A stretch of 60,265 nucleotides of DNA, counting the filler. It is 4 parts of 4 records of this genome, joined end to end, with 100 filler letters (N's around TTAATTAATTAA, not from the genome) between each part and the next. Parts side by side here need not be neighbours in the genome. Positions count along the whole stretch, not along the records: positions 1 to 20,074 come from DRR378314_2572; 3 more parts are not named here. One strand, given 5' to 3'. The notes under the pieces were generated by a model, which was not told the origin of the DNA, ran no database searches, and saw only the letters and a program-made list of their open reading frames with translations. Made by a program: the position numbers and the translations under genes. Position 1 is the stretch's first letter; the number at the start of each line of letters is the position of its first letter. Below, one piece after another: positions 1 to 10,163 of this stretch.

Positions 1-2
1 TG

Positions 3-725
3 GCCACCGGTCACTATATCCAGCGCAAGACGGGCGCTAACGGGCCGGAGCTGCATTCCGCCGCGGATGCCAACCGGGATCAGAGCTATTTCCTGTTCTC
101 CACCACGCCGGAGCAGCTGGATTTCCTGCGCTTTCCGCTGGGACACCTGCCGTCCAAGGACGCCACCCGCGAGATGGCGGCGCAATACGGTCTGTCGGTG
201 GCCGATAAGCCGGACAGCCAGGACATCTGCTTTGTGCCCAACGGCGACTATGCCTCGGTGATCGAGAAACTGCGCCCCGGCGCGGCGGAGCCGGGACAGA
301 TCGTGCATGCGGATGGTCGTGTATTGGGCGAGCACAATGGCGTCATCCACTACACTATCGGCCAGCGCCGCGGTCTGGGCATCGGCGGGCTGAGCGAGCC
401 GCTTTATGTCGTGAAGCTGGATGTGGACCAAAAGCAGGTCATCGTTGGCCCCAAGGAGATGCTGGCCACCCGCCGCGTGCCCGTACGTGAGATCAACTGG
501 CTGGGCGATGAGCCCTTCACAAGTCGCGACGAATGGCATCTGAGTGTCAAGGTTAGGTCGACCCGACCGCCGCGCGATGCGATTCTGCGCCCGATCTCAG
601 AAACAGAGGCGGAGGTGGAACTCTTCGCCGCCGAGGAAGGCATTTCGCCCGGTCAGGCCTGCGTGTTCTATGATCCCAATGGCAGCCGCATCTTTGGCGG
701 TGGCTGGATCTGGCGCGGCGCCTGA
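3..725 (+). CDS. mnmA: tRNA 2-thiouridine(34) synthase MnmA, 5'-truncated
   Basis: The frame is open from position 3 and reads ATGHY...[26 protein letters not shown] and PGQACVFY, all MnmA motifs. Confidence 0.96.
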   Translation, partial: ATGHYIQRKTGANGPELHSAADANRDQSYFLFSTTPEQLDFLRFPLGHLPSKDATREMAAQYGLSVADKPDSQDICFVPNGDYASVIEKLRPGAAEPGQIVHADGRVLGEHNGVIHYTIGQRRGLGIGGLSEPLYVVKLDVDQKQVIVGPKEMLATRRVPVREINWLGDEPFTSRDEWHLSVKVRSTRPPRDAILRPISETEAEVELFAAEEGISPGQACVFYDPNGSRIFGGGWIWRGA

Positions 726-734
726 AGTCCCTGT

Positions 735-759
735 TCACGCCCGCGATCCACGTCGCGGG
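735..759. terminator. GC-rich hairpin between convergent mnmA and lpxB
   Basis: Inverted repeat cgcccgcga-tccacg-tcgcgggcg with no clear U-tract. It could be a terminator or a REP-like element. Confidence 0.4.
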
Positions 760-806
760 CGGATCAATCTCGCGGGAGTTCACCTGATAGGGGCGCGTGA
801 CGCGGC

Positions 807-1970
807 TTAGCCCGGCAGCCGGTCCAGCACCGCACGGGCGGCCCGCACACCGGGCGCATCGCCGCCTTCACCGACCCTCTCCATCGTGAGGCGCATGGCG
901 TCGAACTGCGCCTCAGGCGCCGCAACCACGGCGTCCAGCTGGGTGGCGATCTTATCGGCTGTGCAATCAGGGCCAAGGCATTCCGGCACCACGCGCGTGT
1001 CACTGACCAGATTGACCAGCGTCACCGTGTCGATCAACGCCATGCGCTTCATGATCTGCCAGGTCAGCCAGTTGAACCGATAGGCGATGACCATCGGCGT
1101 GCGGGCCGCCGCCAGTTCCAGCGAAACCGTGCCCGAGGCCGCTAGCGCCAACCCTGCCGTGGCAAAGGCAGCGCGTTTCTGGGCGGCAAACTCCGCTGTG
1201 GTATATGCTGCAGGGTCCAGCACGAGGCAGCCCGCAGGCCAATCGGCAAGTTTTTCACGCACCAAGGGCGCCACATGGGCCGCCGCAGGCACCACGATCC
1301 TATGGTCCGGGTGGGAGGCGTGAAACTGCTGCAACGCGGCGCCAGATACATCCGCCAACCGCCCCACTTCGGAGCGGCGCGACCCCGGCAGGGCCAGCAG
1401 CACCGGCGCATCGCCAAGATCATGTGCGGCGCGAAAATCCGCGATCTCCGCCTCAGTCGCCTTTGGCTCCGCCACCACTGGATGGCCGACAAAATCGCAC
1501 TCCATCCCGGCGGCTTCCATATAGGGCGGCTCGAATGGCAGCAGCGCCAGCACATGGTCGATGACCTTCGCCATCTTGGCCGCGCGCCCCGGACGCCAGG
1601 CCCAGACGGAAGGCGCAACATAATGCACGGTACGGATGTCGCTTGCGCCTTTCACCAGCTTTGCAACGCGCAGGGAAAAATCCGGGCTGTCGATGGTGAT
1701 CATCACATCCGGCCGCAGTGCGACCACCGCATCGGCGGTCTCTTGGATGCGACGTTTGAGGTCGAAATACTTCGGCAGCACCTCGGCAATGCCCATGACG
1801 GAGAGTTCTTCCATCGGGAACTGCGAGCGGAGCCCCTCGGCCTGCATCTGGCTGCCGCCGACGCCTTCAAATGTCACCCCCGGCGCCAGCTCCTTAAGCC
1901 CGCGCATGAGCGCCGCGCCCAACCTGTCGCCCGAGGGTTCCCCGGCGAGGATGAACACCCGCAGGCTCAT
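807..1970 (-). CDS. lpxB: Lipid-A-disaccharide synthase LpxB
   Basis: Motifs AGEPSGD, IDSPDF, HYVAPSVWAWR, LPGSR and ASGT. Start moved to the ATG at 1970 (MSLRVFIL), just after the lpxI stop. Confidence 0.96.
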   Translation of the reverse strand: MSLRVFILAGEPSGDRLGAALMRGLKELAPGVTFEGVGGSQMQAEGLRSQFPMEELSVMGIAEVLPKYFDLKRRIQETADAVVALRPDVMITIDSPDFSLRVAKLVKGASDIRTVHYVAPSVWAWRPGRAAKMAKVIDHVLALLPFEPPYMEAAGMECDFVGHPVVAEPKATEAEIADFRAAHDLGDAPVLLALPGSRRSEVGRLADVSGAALQQFHASHPDHRIVVPAAAHVAPLVREKLADWPAGCLVLDPAAYTTAEFAAQKRAAFATAGLALAASGTVSLELAAARTPMVIAYRFNWLTWQIMKRMALIDTVTLVNLVSDTRVVPECLGPDCTADKIATQLDAVVAAPEAQFDAMRLTMERVGEGGDAPGVRAARAVLDRLPG

Positions 1971-1974
1971 GCGA

Positions 1975-2763
1975 TCAGACCTGCCGCAGCCAGAGGAACA
2001 TGCCCCGGCGGTCACAGGCAGAAATCACTTCCTCGCGGTCGAGGACGATGACGCCTTCCGCCTCCAGCACGATGCCGTTGAGGCCCGCCATGGCAGCGCC
2101 CTCCACCGTGGCCGGCCCAATGGTCGGCAGATCTGCACGGCGGTCCTGTCCGGCCTTCGGGGCCTTGTAGAACAAACCACCCTGCCCGTCCGGTCGCGTC
2201 GCGAGGCTGGCCAGCATCCAGTCGGTGCCAAACAGCGTCTCGATGGCGATGGCCTGACCGGCGCGCACCGCGCAGGCCTGTCCGATATCAGCGGCGCTGA
2301 GGCCAAAGGCAATCACCGAGGCACGCTCGGCATCGGCCTTGTCGATCTCGCCGGGCTTGACCTGAGTGGGAACGCCTTCGTCCATCAGCAGGTCCGGCGC
2401 GATCTCATGCGCACCCTTCACGGCAAAACCGCTCTCTTCGAGGATGGCGATCACCGCCCGCAGCGCGCCATCATCACCGGCGGCAATCGCCGCCTGCAGC
2501 ACCGGCACCAGCGGCAGCGTTGCCGCGTCGATGGCCGACGGGTCGATCTGCGGCCGCGTAACCGCGCCCGCAAGGCAGATCTCGGTGACGCTTTGCGCCT
2601 TTAGCTGCTCCAGGAAACTGCCCAGCTGTTCGAGGCGAAAGGTGATCTCTGCCTCCACCGTGTCAGGTTCCGATCCCGCCATGGCGCAGACCAGCGGACG
2701 CTCCGGCAGACGTGCGATCAGTTCCGCGGGCAATGCCCCGCGACCGGCAATCAATGCTATCAT
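1975..2763 (-). CDS. lpxI: UDP-2,3-diacylglucosamine diphosphatase LpxI (DUF1009)
   Basis: Motifs IAGRGALP, DIGQA, GTDWML and QDRRADLPTIG, and position between lpxA and lpxB. Confidence 0.92.
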   Translation of the reverse strand: MIALIAGRGALPAELIARLPERPLVCAMAGSEPDTVEAEITFRLEQLGSFLEQLKAQSVTEICLAGAVTRPQIDPSAIDAATLPLVPVLQAAIAAGDDGALRAVIAILEESGFAVKGAHEIAPDLLMDEGVPTQVKPGEIDKADAERASVIAFGLSAADIGQACAVRAGQAIAIETLFGTDWMLASLATRPDGQGGLFYKAPKAGQDRRADLPTIGPATVEGAAMAGLNGIVLEAEGVIVLDREEVISACDRRGMFLWLRQV

Positions 2764-2777
2764 GGATGGTGCCTCTC

Positions 2778-3563
2778 TCAGCCGCCGGGGGTCAGGAAAT
2801 GACGGTCGCTCTCACCCGTGATAAAGGCGACGATTTCCTGCACATATTCGCTGTCGTTCTCTTCGCCCAGACGGCGGGCGCGCTCGGAGAAGGTTCCCTC
2901 GCCCTGCGCCAGCATCTGAAAGGCAGCGCGCAGCGCGGTGATATCCGCCCGGTTGACGCCCCGGCGTTTCAGCCCGACAAGGTTCAACCCGTCCAGCTCG
3001 CCGCGCGAGGCCTGCACCAGCCCGTAGGGAATGACATCATTGGTCACCATGGTGACCGCGCCGATGATGGCGCCGCGTCCGATCCGCACAAATTGATGGA
3101 TGCCGGACAGACCGCCGATGATCACGTCGTCTTCCAGCACGCAATGACCCGCCACCGCAGCGGAGTTCACCACGATCACCCGGTCGCCGACCTGCGCGTC
3201 ATGGGCGATGTGACAGCCTGCCATGAACAGCCCGTCATCCCCGATCCGGGTCACGCCGCCGCCGCCATCGGTGCCGGCGTTCACGGTCACATGCTCGCGG
3301 AAGCGGTTCCGCTTGCCGATCACGGTGCGGCATTTCTCGCCCTTGAACTTCAGATCCTGCGGGATCTCACCGAGCACCGAGAAGGAGAACACCACGGTGT
3401 CCTCGCCGATTTCGGTGTCGCCGGTGATCACCACATGGGACTTCAGAACCACGCGGTCGCCCAGTACCACCTCAGCGCCGACGATGCAAAAGGGGCCGAT
3501 TTCGCAGCCTTCGCCGACAGTGGCACCATCCTCGATAATGGCGCTGGGGTGGATAGTGGTCAT
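2778..3563 (-). CDS. lpxA: Acyl-ACP--UDP-N-acetylglucosamine O-acyltransferase LpxA
   Basis: Hexapeptide repeats plus PQDLKF, HIAHD, HQFVRIG and GLNLVGLKRRG. Confidence 0.97.
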   Translation of the reverse strand: MTTIHPSAIIEDGATVGEGCEIGPFCIVGAEVVLGDRVVLKSHVVITGDTEIGEDTVVFSFSVLGEIPQDLKFKGEKCRTVIGKRNRFREHVTVNAGTDGGGGVTRIGDDGLFMAGCHIAHDAQVGDRVIVVNSAAVAGHCVLEDDVIIGGLSGIHQFVRIGRGAIIGAVTMVTNDVIPYGLVQASRGELDGLNLVGLKRRGVNRADITALRAAFQMLAQGEGTFSERARRLGEENDSEYVQEIVAFITGESDRHFLTPGG

Positions 3564-4045
3564 CAGCCGTCCTTTCCGTCGCGGTCAACCATTGCTGTGA
3601 ACTCGGCCTCGGCAGCCAGCTCACCCTCGACGGTCGCGCGACCCGAGAATTTGAAGATCTTGCCGCCGGGCTTGCCGCGCAGGGTTTCCACATGCATTTC
3701 CAGCACGTCACCGGGTACAACCTTGCGGCGGAATTTGCATTTGTCGATGTTCATGAAATAAATCAGCATATCACTGCCGATCAGATCCATCCCCACGCCC
3801 AGCATCACACCGGCGGTCTGCGCCATCGCCTCTACAATGGTGACACCTGGCATGATCGGCGTTCCCGGGAAGTGCCCCTGGAAATGCGGTTCGTTCATTG
3901 TGACATTCTTGATGCCGCGCGCCGACTGATATCCATCGATATCGACAACCTTATCCACCAGCAGGAACGGATAGCGATGCGGCAGGATCTGTTGGATCAG
4001 GCCGATGTCGGCGCTCTTGAGGTCGGGATTTGCGTCAGCACTCAT
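3563..4045 (-). CDS. fabZ: 3-hydroxyacyl-ACP dehydratase FabZ
   Basis: Motifs [11 protein letters not shown] and FQGHFP...MPGV...EAMAQ. Confidence 0.97.
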   Translation of the reverse strand: MSADANPDLKSADIGLIQQILPHRYPFLLVDKVVDIDGYQSARGIKNVTMNEPHFQGHFPGTPIMPGVTIVEAMAQTAGVMLGVGMDLIGSDMLIYFMNIDKCKFRRKVVPGDVLEMHVETLRGKPGGKIFKFSGRATVEGELAAEAEFTAMVDRDGKDG

Positions 4046-4108
4046 GGGTCAGCTTCCATTGGTTTTTTCAGATATTTGTCCTAGCAAGCCTGCCCAGGGG
4101 GGGCAAGC

Positions 4109-4735
4109 TTAGGGCTGGTTGGTCTCAGACGCCTCGGCATCATCGCCCTCGCCAAGGATAGCGTCGACACGCGCGATCGCCAGATCCGTCACGTCAATGG
4201 CCTCGGCGCTGAGCAGCACGGTGGATTGCTCCAGAATGGCCGCTGCGCCGGTTTCCGTCATGATCTGTTCCAGAATGGGGATAGAGGTTTCGCGGAATTC
4301 ACGTCGTGCCTCTTCGCGCGACGTCGTGATCTCCAGAAATTTGGCCTCCTGGGTCCGGCGGGTCTCCTGCACCTTCTCATCAAAAGCTTTGGCAAGCGCA
4401 CGAAAGGCATCCGCGTCCGTGGTGGACCGCCGTTCAGTCAGATCAAGCTCTTCGGCACGAAGTTCCGCTTCGATCCTGCGGTTCTCGGCCATCAGGACCG
4501 CACTTTGACCTTCCATCTCGCGCGCAATGCGCTTGCCATAGGCACTTTCGGAGAACAACCGATCAGAGTGGATGGTCAACAACAGACTGCTTGGAATGCC
4601 GAGGTTCTGTTCCGGAGAGAACCCACCAAGCCCAACGCCCGGCGTCAAACTCTGCGCCGATGCCCCGACGGAAAAGGACAGCCCGGCAATTAACCCGGCT
4701 GTCCAGAAGCTTCGCACTATAAAGGCCCGTCGCAA
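4109..4735 (-). CDS. skp: OmpH/Skp-family periplasmic chaperone
   Basis: Signal peptide, long coiled-coil, C-terminal IDVTD motif, and position directly downstream of bamA. Confidence 0.8.
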   Translation of the reverse strand: MRRAFIVRSFWTAGLIAGLSFSVGASAQSLTPGVGLGGFSPEQNLGIPSSLLLTIHSDRLFSESAYGKRIAREMEGQSAVLMAENRRIEAELRAEELDLTERRSTTDADAFRALAKAFDEKVQETRRTQEAKFLEITTSREEARREFRETSIPILEQIMTETGAAAILEQSTVLLSAEAIDVTDLAIARVDAILGEGDDAEASETNQP

Positions 4736-4739
4736 GGTG

Positions 4740-7100
4740 TCAGAACCGCGCCTGAATGGTCAGGTCGAAATTCCGTTCTTTGTCGAACTCTTCCTTGGAC
4801 AGCGCCTTGGAGAAGTTGAACCGGAGCGGCCCCAGACCGGTTGTCCACAATACCGAGAACCCGACCACGTGACGGAACGACCCGCCGCGCCCAACGACAT
4901 TGTTGCCCCCAGCAGCGGCGCTCGAGTCATCCAGCCCCCAGAGATTGCCGACGTCGTAGAACAGACCGCCACGGATCCCGAGTTCCTCGGGCAGCCCCAA
5001 CGGAAACTCTGCATCGAGGCGTGCGACCGCGTAGAGGTTCCCACCGAGTGCATCGTCATAACTCCCGGCTGGATCCCGATCCCGCGGACCGATCCCGCCC
5101 GGCTCAAAGCCGCGCAGTGTGTCTGACGAGAGCAGGAAGCGGTCAATCGTCCGGCTTTTGTTGTCGCCCAGCCAGCCGAGATATCCGGTCTCAACAGTGG
5201 CACGCAGGGTGACCTCTTCGTTAAACACCAATTTCTGTGCAACGATCTTGCTGGTGGCGCGAATATACTCGTTATCCCCGCCGAGACCTGCATAGTCGAT
5301 GCCACTTTCGATCAGGAATCCTGCGGTCGGGTTCAACCCGGTCCGGCGACTATCATAGGTCAACGTCGCACCGATCGAGCTGGTGGTACGTTTGCCTTCA
5401 GCGATGTCAGCTTGCAGAACAGGTCCCGTTAGAACCGATCCCGGTATCGGGTTACTGTTGCTGTCGAGGTCACGCGCGTTCATCTCGTCGAAATCAAGCG
5501 CATAGCGCAACTGCAGCGATGTCGTATCACTCGCGTCGAAGGTGATCGAGGGACGGAAAATCACTGCGGATGTGTCGTATTCCGAGTAGCTCGATTCCGT
5601 TTCACTCAGACCAAGGTCAATTGCAAAGCGCAGATCCCGGCCCAAGAACTTCGGCTCTACGAACCGCAGTTTATATGCTTCCGTATCCTGCGCTGTGGAA
5701 ATGTTGAATGACAACTCCTGACCGCGCCCGAGAAAATTTTTCTCGGAGATCCCGATCGCAACGCCGACGCCATCGTCCACCGAATAGGAACCGCCCAGCG
5801 TGAAGGACCCGGTGGGCTGCTCTTCAACGTCGACATCAACGATGACATCATTTGGGGTGCTGCCTTGCCGTACATCCACTTCGGATTGAGCGAAGAACCC
5901 AAGCGCGCGGATACGTTCCGCACTGTTGCGGATCTCGCGCTGATTGAGAGGGTCGCCCTCGACAATATTGAACTGGCGACGGATCACCCGATCTAGCGTG
6001 GTTGTATTGCCTTCGATATCGATGCGTTCGACAAAGATCCGTGGGCCTCGCACCATCGCGAATTCCACGTCCAGCGTCAGGTCGCGGTCGTTGCGGGTGA
6101 CGCGCGGCTCGACCCGCAGGAAGTCGATGCCCTGACGAACGGCCATTTGCTCCAGCGTTTCGATGGCATTTTCGATCACCAAGGGTGAGTATGTCACCCC
6201 ACGCTTCAAACGCAGTTTGCTGCGATAGACATCCGGATCGGCGTTGGAAAATTCGCTTGTCACGGTTATGTCGCCGAATTCGAACTTTTGCCCTTCGGTC
6301 ACGTCCACAACGAGGAAGGCCGCATCGCGTTCCTTCGTCACCTCAGCGTTGACGCTGTTGACCTGGAAATCGACATAACCACGCGACCGGTAGAAATCGG
6401 TCAGCACCTGACGGTCAAACTGGATCCGGTCTTCGATCAGCGTGTCACGGTTGATCAGAGCGCGCAGGAAGGTCGCCTGCTTGGTCTCCAGAACCCGACG
6501 CAAACGCCGGTCGGAGAAGGCACGGTTGCCAACGAAGGAGACGCGCTCCACCTCGACGGTATCGCCTTCGGAAATCTCGAACACCAGGTCGACGCGGTTG
6601 TCGTTCCGGCGGATGATGCGCGGCGTCACTCTGGAGGCCAGACGCCCCTGAGCGCGGTACAGGTCAGCGATCGCTCCGGCGTCCCGCTCAGCCTGATCGG
6701 CGCTGAACACACGACGCGGCGAGGATTCAATCACCTCGGACAGCGCATCGTCTTTCAGGCGCTTGTTGCCCTCGAAATTGATCCGGCTGATGGTCGGATA
6801 TTCCACCACCTTGATGACCAGAGTGTTGCCTCGGGGAACAAGTTCCACCGCCTCGAACAGACCACTGTCAAACACGCCTCGATAGGCATCATTCAAGGCA
6901 CCGGCGCTGACCGTTTCGCCGCGACCAAGGCCCGTATAGGCAACGATGGTCGAGCTTTGTATTCGCTGGTTGCCTTCGACACGAACATTCGTGAACCGAT
7001 AGTCCTGAGCCTGCAGGGACATTGGCGCCAAGCCAATCCCGAAGGCAAGTACCGCGGAAAGTGCGGTGGACCCGAGAAAACCTTTATTAGAAACGGACAT
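4740..7100 (-). CDS. bamA: Outer membrane protein assembly factor BamA
   Basis: POTRA repeats (VEGNQRI, FEGNKRL, IEGNTTT), LRGF loop motif and C-terminal Phe. ATG 7100 is preferred because GGAGAG lies upstream; 7154 is an alternative start. Confidence 0.96.
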   Translation of the reverse strand: MSVSNKGFLGSTALSAVLAFGIGLAPMSLQAQDYRFTNVRVEGNQRIQSSTIVAYTGLGRGETVSAGALNDAYRGVFDSGLFEAVELVPRGNTLVIKVVEYPTISRINFEGNKRLKDDALSEVIESSPRRVFSADQAERDAGAIADLYRAQGRLASRVTPRIIRRNDNRVDLVFEISEGDTVEVERVSFVGNRAFSDRRLRRVLETKQATFLRALINRDTLIEDRIQFDRQVLTDFYRSRGYVDFQVNSVNAEVTKERDAAFLVVDVTEGQKFEFGDITVTSEFSNADPDVYRSKLRLKRGVTYSPLVIENAIETLEQMAVRQGIDFLRVEPRVTRNDRDLTLDVEFAMVRGPRIFVERIDIEGNTTTLDRVIRRQFNIVEGDPLNQREIRNSAERIRALGFFAQSEVDVRQGSTPNDVIVDVDVEEQPTGSFTLGGSYSVDDGVGVAIGISEKNFLGRGQELSFNISTAQDTEAYKLRFVEPKFLGRDLRFAIDLGLSETESSYSEYDTSAVIFRPSITFDASDTTSLQLRYALDFDEMNARDLDSNSNPIPGSVLTGPVLQADIAEGKRTTSSIGATLTYDSRRTGLNPTAGFLIESGIDYAGLGGDNEYIRATSKIVAQKLVFNEEVTLRATVETGYLGWLGDNKSRTIDRFLLSSDTLRGFEPGGIGPRDRDPAGSYDDALGGNLYAVARLDAEFPLGLPEELGIRGGLFYDVGNLWGLDDSSAAAGGNNVVGRGGSFRHVVGFSVLWTTGLGPLRFNFSKALSKEEFDKERNFDLTIQARF

Positions 7101-7170
7101 TTCACTCTCCCGGCGCGCATCACGGGCAGATGCCGCGTTTTTCCCCCAGATCATCAGTTTAAACCCAATT

Positions 7171-7218
7171 ATTATAGCAGCTTGAAAAGTGCGTACCGGG
7201 TTTACACGCGGTTGTCAA
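7171..7218 (-). promoter_or_regulatory. Candidate sigma70 promoter elements for bamA
   Basis: On the minus strand, TTGACA (7218-7213) is followed 17 nt later by TACGCA. A separate TGC-TATAAT (extended -10-like) lies at 7179-7171. Confidence 0.45.
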
Positions 7219-7257
7219 AAACAAGAAAAGCAGCGGGGCGACGACCGCTGCTTTTCT
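7216..7257 (-). terminator. Intrinsic terminator upstream of bamA
   Basis: Inverted repeat agaaaagcagcgg / ccgctgcttttct, followed on the minus strand by a U-rich tract. Confidence 0.75.
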
Positions 7258-7309
7258 CGCTCACGAAGCCCATGTAAGCCCCGGAAAATATGTCGCGTTT
7301 CCTACCGCC

Positions 7310-7438
7310 TCAAAAAACAGAGGCGATCCACGTTCCAACCGCCATCGCAGCGGTGATGGCCCCGATAAACAAGACCCGGTCTGCATTGAGGCGGGCCAAC
7401 AGGCCAAGCCCGGCACAGGACTGCTGTAGCGTTTGCAT
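7310..7438 (-). CDS. Small 42-aa predicted single-pass membrane protein (not in ORF track)
   Basis: Hand translation gives MQTLQQSCAGLGLLARLNADRVLFIGAITAAMAVGTWIASVF*. It has a GGGGA RBS-like sequence upstream, a hydrophobic C-terminal half and a terminator downstream. Confidence 0.65.
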   Translation of the reverse strand: MQTLQQSCAGLGLLARLNADRVLFIGAITAAMAVGTWIASVF

Positions 7439-7583
7439 GATTGTTCCCCATCGCTCAATCTTCCGACCCGCAAGCCGGAATCACTCACTCACGATCCGAT
7501 GCTAGTTCGGATTTGTGGCAAGATCGGGGCAGCAAAGGGGCAGATGCGCCATGCAAAGCCCCCTTGCCTGATCATTCGTGCGC

Positions 7584-8936
7584 TCAGCAGAACAGCAGAT
7601 CGTTGCTGACGGAGAACAACATCAACCCAAGGATCATCGTCAGCCCGATCATCATCAGAACCTGCATGGCCCGGTCATTGGGCGGGCGGCCCGTGATGGC
7701 CTCATAGGCGAAGAACACCAGATGTCCGCCGTCTAGCACCGGCACCGGAAACAGGTTCAAGAGGCCAATCCCCGTAGACAGTGCCGCGATGAGCCAGATG
7801 AAGTTCACCGCCCCTTGGCTCGCCAACGTGCCCGACATCTCGGCGATGGCGACCGGGCCGGAGAGGTTGCAGGTGCTGATCTGACCAGTGATCATATGCT
7901 TCAACCCGGACAGAGATTGCTCGATCATGCGCCAGACCTGAGCCGCCCCCTGCCCGACCGCCAACCAAGGCGACACGGATTCGCGGGCCGGTTCAAACGC
8001 CAGCCCACCGGCAATGCCGATCCGCCAATTGGTCTGAAAGCCACCGTCTGCCGTTGGCTCGTCCGTGCGGCGCGGGCTGAGGATCAGCTCCCGCGTCTCA
8101 CCTGCGTTCCAGACCGTGAGAGACAGCGGCGCGCCTTCCCCCTCCTCGACCCGTTCCTTCAATTGCGAGAACGCGAAGATTTCCCCGTCATCCACGGCGA
8201 CGATAACGTCGCCTTCGCGCAGACCGGCATCAGATGCGGCACTGCGTGGGGCCACACCGGTCACGATGCTCGGCATCAGATAAGGGCCGCGCGCCACCAT
8301 CTCGTTGCCATCACGCGCCACGCGATAGTCCAGTATCTTTTCAACCGGCACGCTGCCCTCAAACGCGCGCCATGCCACACCGTCCGAAAAATCCGGCGTC
8401 TCGATGCCAGCCACCGCCAGGATTTCGTCTCCGGGCTCCAGCGTATAGCCCGCTGCCGGAAGATCCTTGATCGACCCCACGGCAAGCGGTTCCTGCATCT
8501 GACCTCGGCTGAGGTTCACGCCGGTAAAGATGACAATCGCCAAAATGAAATTAAAGATCGGCCCTGCCGCCACTGTCGCAGCCCGCGCCCAAAGCGGGGC
8601 GCCATGCATGGTCTTGCGCAGCAATTCCGGATCGGTCTCGGCTGCGGAAATCGCCCCCGTATCCTTGCCCGAGGCGGCATCCGCATCCCCGAGGAACTTC
8701 ACAAACCCGCCAAGGGGAAACGCGGCCAACTGCCAGCGGGTGCCACGTTTGTCGACACGGCTGGCCAGCACCGGACCAAAGCCAAGTGAGAACACCTCCG
8801 GATGGATGCCGCACCAACGCCCGACGATGTAATGGCCATATTCGTGCACGGCCACAATGATCGAAAGCACCACGACGAAACTGCCGACCGTGTAGAGGAA
8901 CCCGCCCAGTTGCGAGACCAGAGATACTGCGTCCAA
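7584..8936 (-). CDS. rseP: RIP metalloprotease RseP
   Basis: HEYGH zinc motif, two PDZ-like segments and NLFPVPVLDGGH. TTG start. Confidence 0.96.
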   Translation of the reverse strand: MDAVSLVSQLGGFLYTVGSFVVVLSIIVAVHEYGHYIVGRWCGIHPEVFSLGFGPVLASRVDKRGTRWQLAAFPLGGFVKFLGDADAASGKDTGAISAAETDPELLRKTMHGAPLWARAATVAAGPIFNFILAIVIFTGVNLSRGQMQEPLAVGSIKDLPAAGYTLEPGDEILAVAGIETPDFSDGVAWRAFEGSVPVEKILDYRVARDGNEMVARGPYLMPSIVTGVAPRSAASDAGLREGDVIVAVDDGEIFAFSQLKERVEEGEGAPLSLTVWNAGETRELILSPRRTDEPTADGGFQTNWRIGIAGGLAFEPARESVSPWLAVGQGAAQVWRMIEQSLSGLKHMITGQISTCNLSGPVAIAEMSGTLASQGAVNFIWLIAALSTGIGLLNLFPVPVLDGGHLVFFAYEAITGRPPNDRAMQVLMMIGLTMILGLMLFSVSNDLLFC

Positions 8937-8940
8937 AACT

Positions 8941-10113
8941 CTATCCTGTTCGTTGCGTCACAACCTGATCCACCGCATCACGCGACAAACCATCAACTCG
9001 GGTGACGTTTTCAAGTGTCATTGAGGCGTCAATAAGACCCGGCTCGGCCTCCAGCGACGCCAATACCTGCTCAGTTATGTCGGCCATGTCGAGAAAGCCA
9101 ATGTGACCCGCGATAAAGTGATCAAGCGCGCGTTCTTTGGCGCCATTGAAGGCCGCACCGCACAGACCACCGCGCCGCATCACCTCCTGCGCCAGACGCA
9201 GCGCCGGATACCGCGCCAGATCCGGCGCGCGAAACTCCAGCTGGCCGATGGAGGCCAGATCCAGCCGGGCCACGGGCAGTGACCGACGCTCAGGCCAATG
9301 CAGCGCATACCCGATGGCATGCCGCATGTCGGGGGCACCAAGATGGCTCATCAAGGCGCCATCTCGGAAACCGACCAGCGCATGCACCAGTGATTGCGGA
9401 TGCACCAGCACCTCGATCTGCTCAGGTGCTACGCCAAAGAACTCTCGCGTTTCAATGACTTCCAGCGCCTTGTTGAACATCGAGGCACTGTCCACGGTGA
9501 TCCGTTGCCCCATGTCCCAATTGGGATGGGACGACGCCTGCGCCAGTGTCGCGGTCCTCAGATCTGCAAGCGGCCAGTCTCGGAATGCGCCACCGGAAGC
9601 GGTGATGATGATCCGCTCGACCTCGTCGATCCGCTCGCCGACAAGCGCCTGAAACACTGCGGAATGTTCACTGTCGACGGGAAGGATACGGGCACCGTGC
9701 GCTTCTGCAGTTTGCATCAACAGCCGTCCGGCGCACACCAGTGATTCCTTGTTGGCGAGCGCCAGCGTGCTGCCTTGTTCCAGCGCCCGCAGCCCCGGTG
9801 CAAGCCCCGCCGCCCCGACGATCGCCGACATGATCCAGTCGGCGGGACGGCTTGCGGCCTCCACCAGCGCATCTGCGCCGGCCGCCGCTTCGACATCACT
9901 GCCCGCAAGCGCCGCGCGCAACTCTGGCAACCGATGGTCGTGCGCGGTAATGGCAACTTCGGCGCGTAGCTCAATAGCATCGCGCGCAAGCTGCGCAATA
10001 TTGTGCCCGCCGCTCAGTGCCACGATGTCATAGGCCTCGGGATCACGTCGGATCAGATCAATGGTGTTCTGCCCGATGGAGCCGGTTGCCCCGAAAATAG
10101 ATATTTTTCGCAT
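8941..10113 (-). CDS. dxr: 1-deoxy-D-xylulose-5-phosphate reductoisomerase
   Basis: Motifs GATGSIG, LANKESLV, LPVDSEH and HPNWDMG. Start set at MRKISIF. Confidence 0.97.
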   Translation of the reverse strand: MRKISIFGATGSIGQNTIDLIRRDPEAYDIVALSGGHNIAQLARDAIELRAEVAITAHDHRLPELRAALAGSDVEAAAGADALVEAASRPADWIMSAIVGAAGLAPGLRALEQGSTLALANKESLVCAGRLLMQTAEAHGARILPVDSEHSAVFQALVGERIDEVERIIITASGGAFRDWPLADLRTATLAQASSHPNWDMGQRITVDSASMFNKALEVIETREFFGVAPEQIEVLVHPQSLVHALVGFRDGALMSHLGAPDMRHAIGYALHWPERRSLPVARLDLASIGQLEFRAPDLARYPALRLAQEVMRRGGLCGAAFNGAKERALDHFIAGHIGFLDMADITEQVLASLEAEPGLIDASMTLENVTRVDGLSRDAVDQVVTQRTG

Positions 10114-10163
10114 CAGAAACTCGTTTTTCATCCGTCCAACGCGCTGGACGCGATCAGGGGGGG

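Noticed and set aside
7261..7707. Track ORFs 7261-7488, 7290-7505 and 7441-7707 between rseP and bamA
   Set aside because: They have no convincing RBS or protein-like features. The 42-aa ORF at 7310-7438 explains the interval better.
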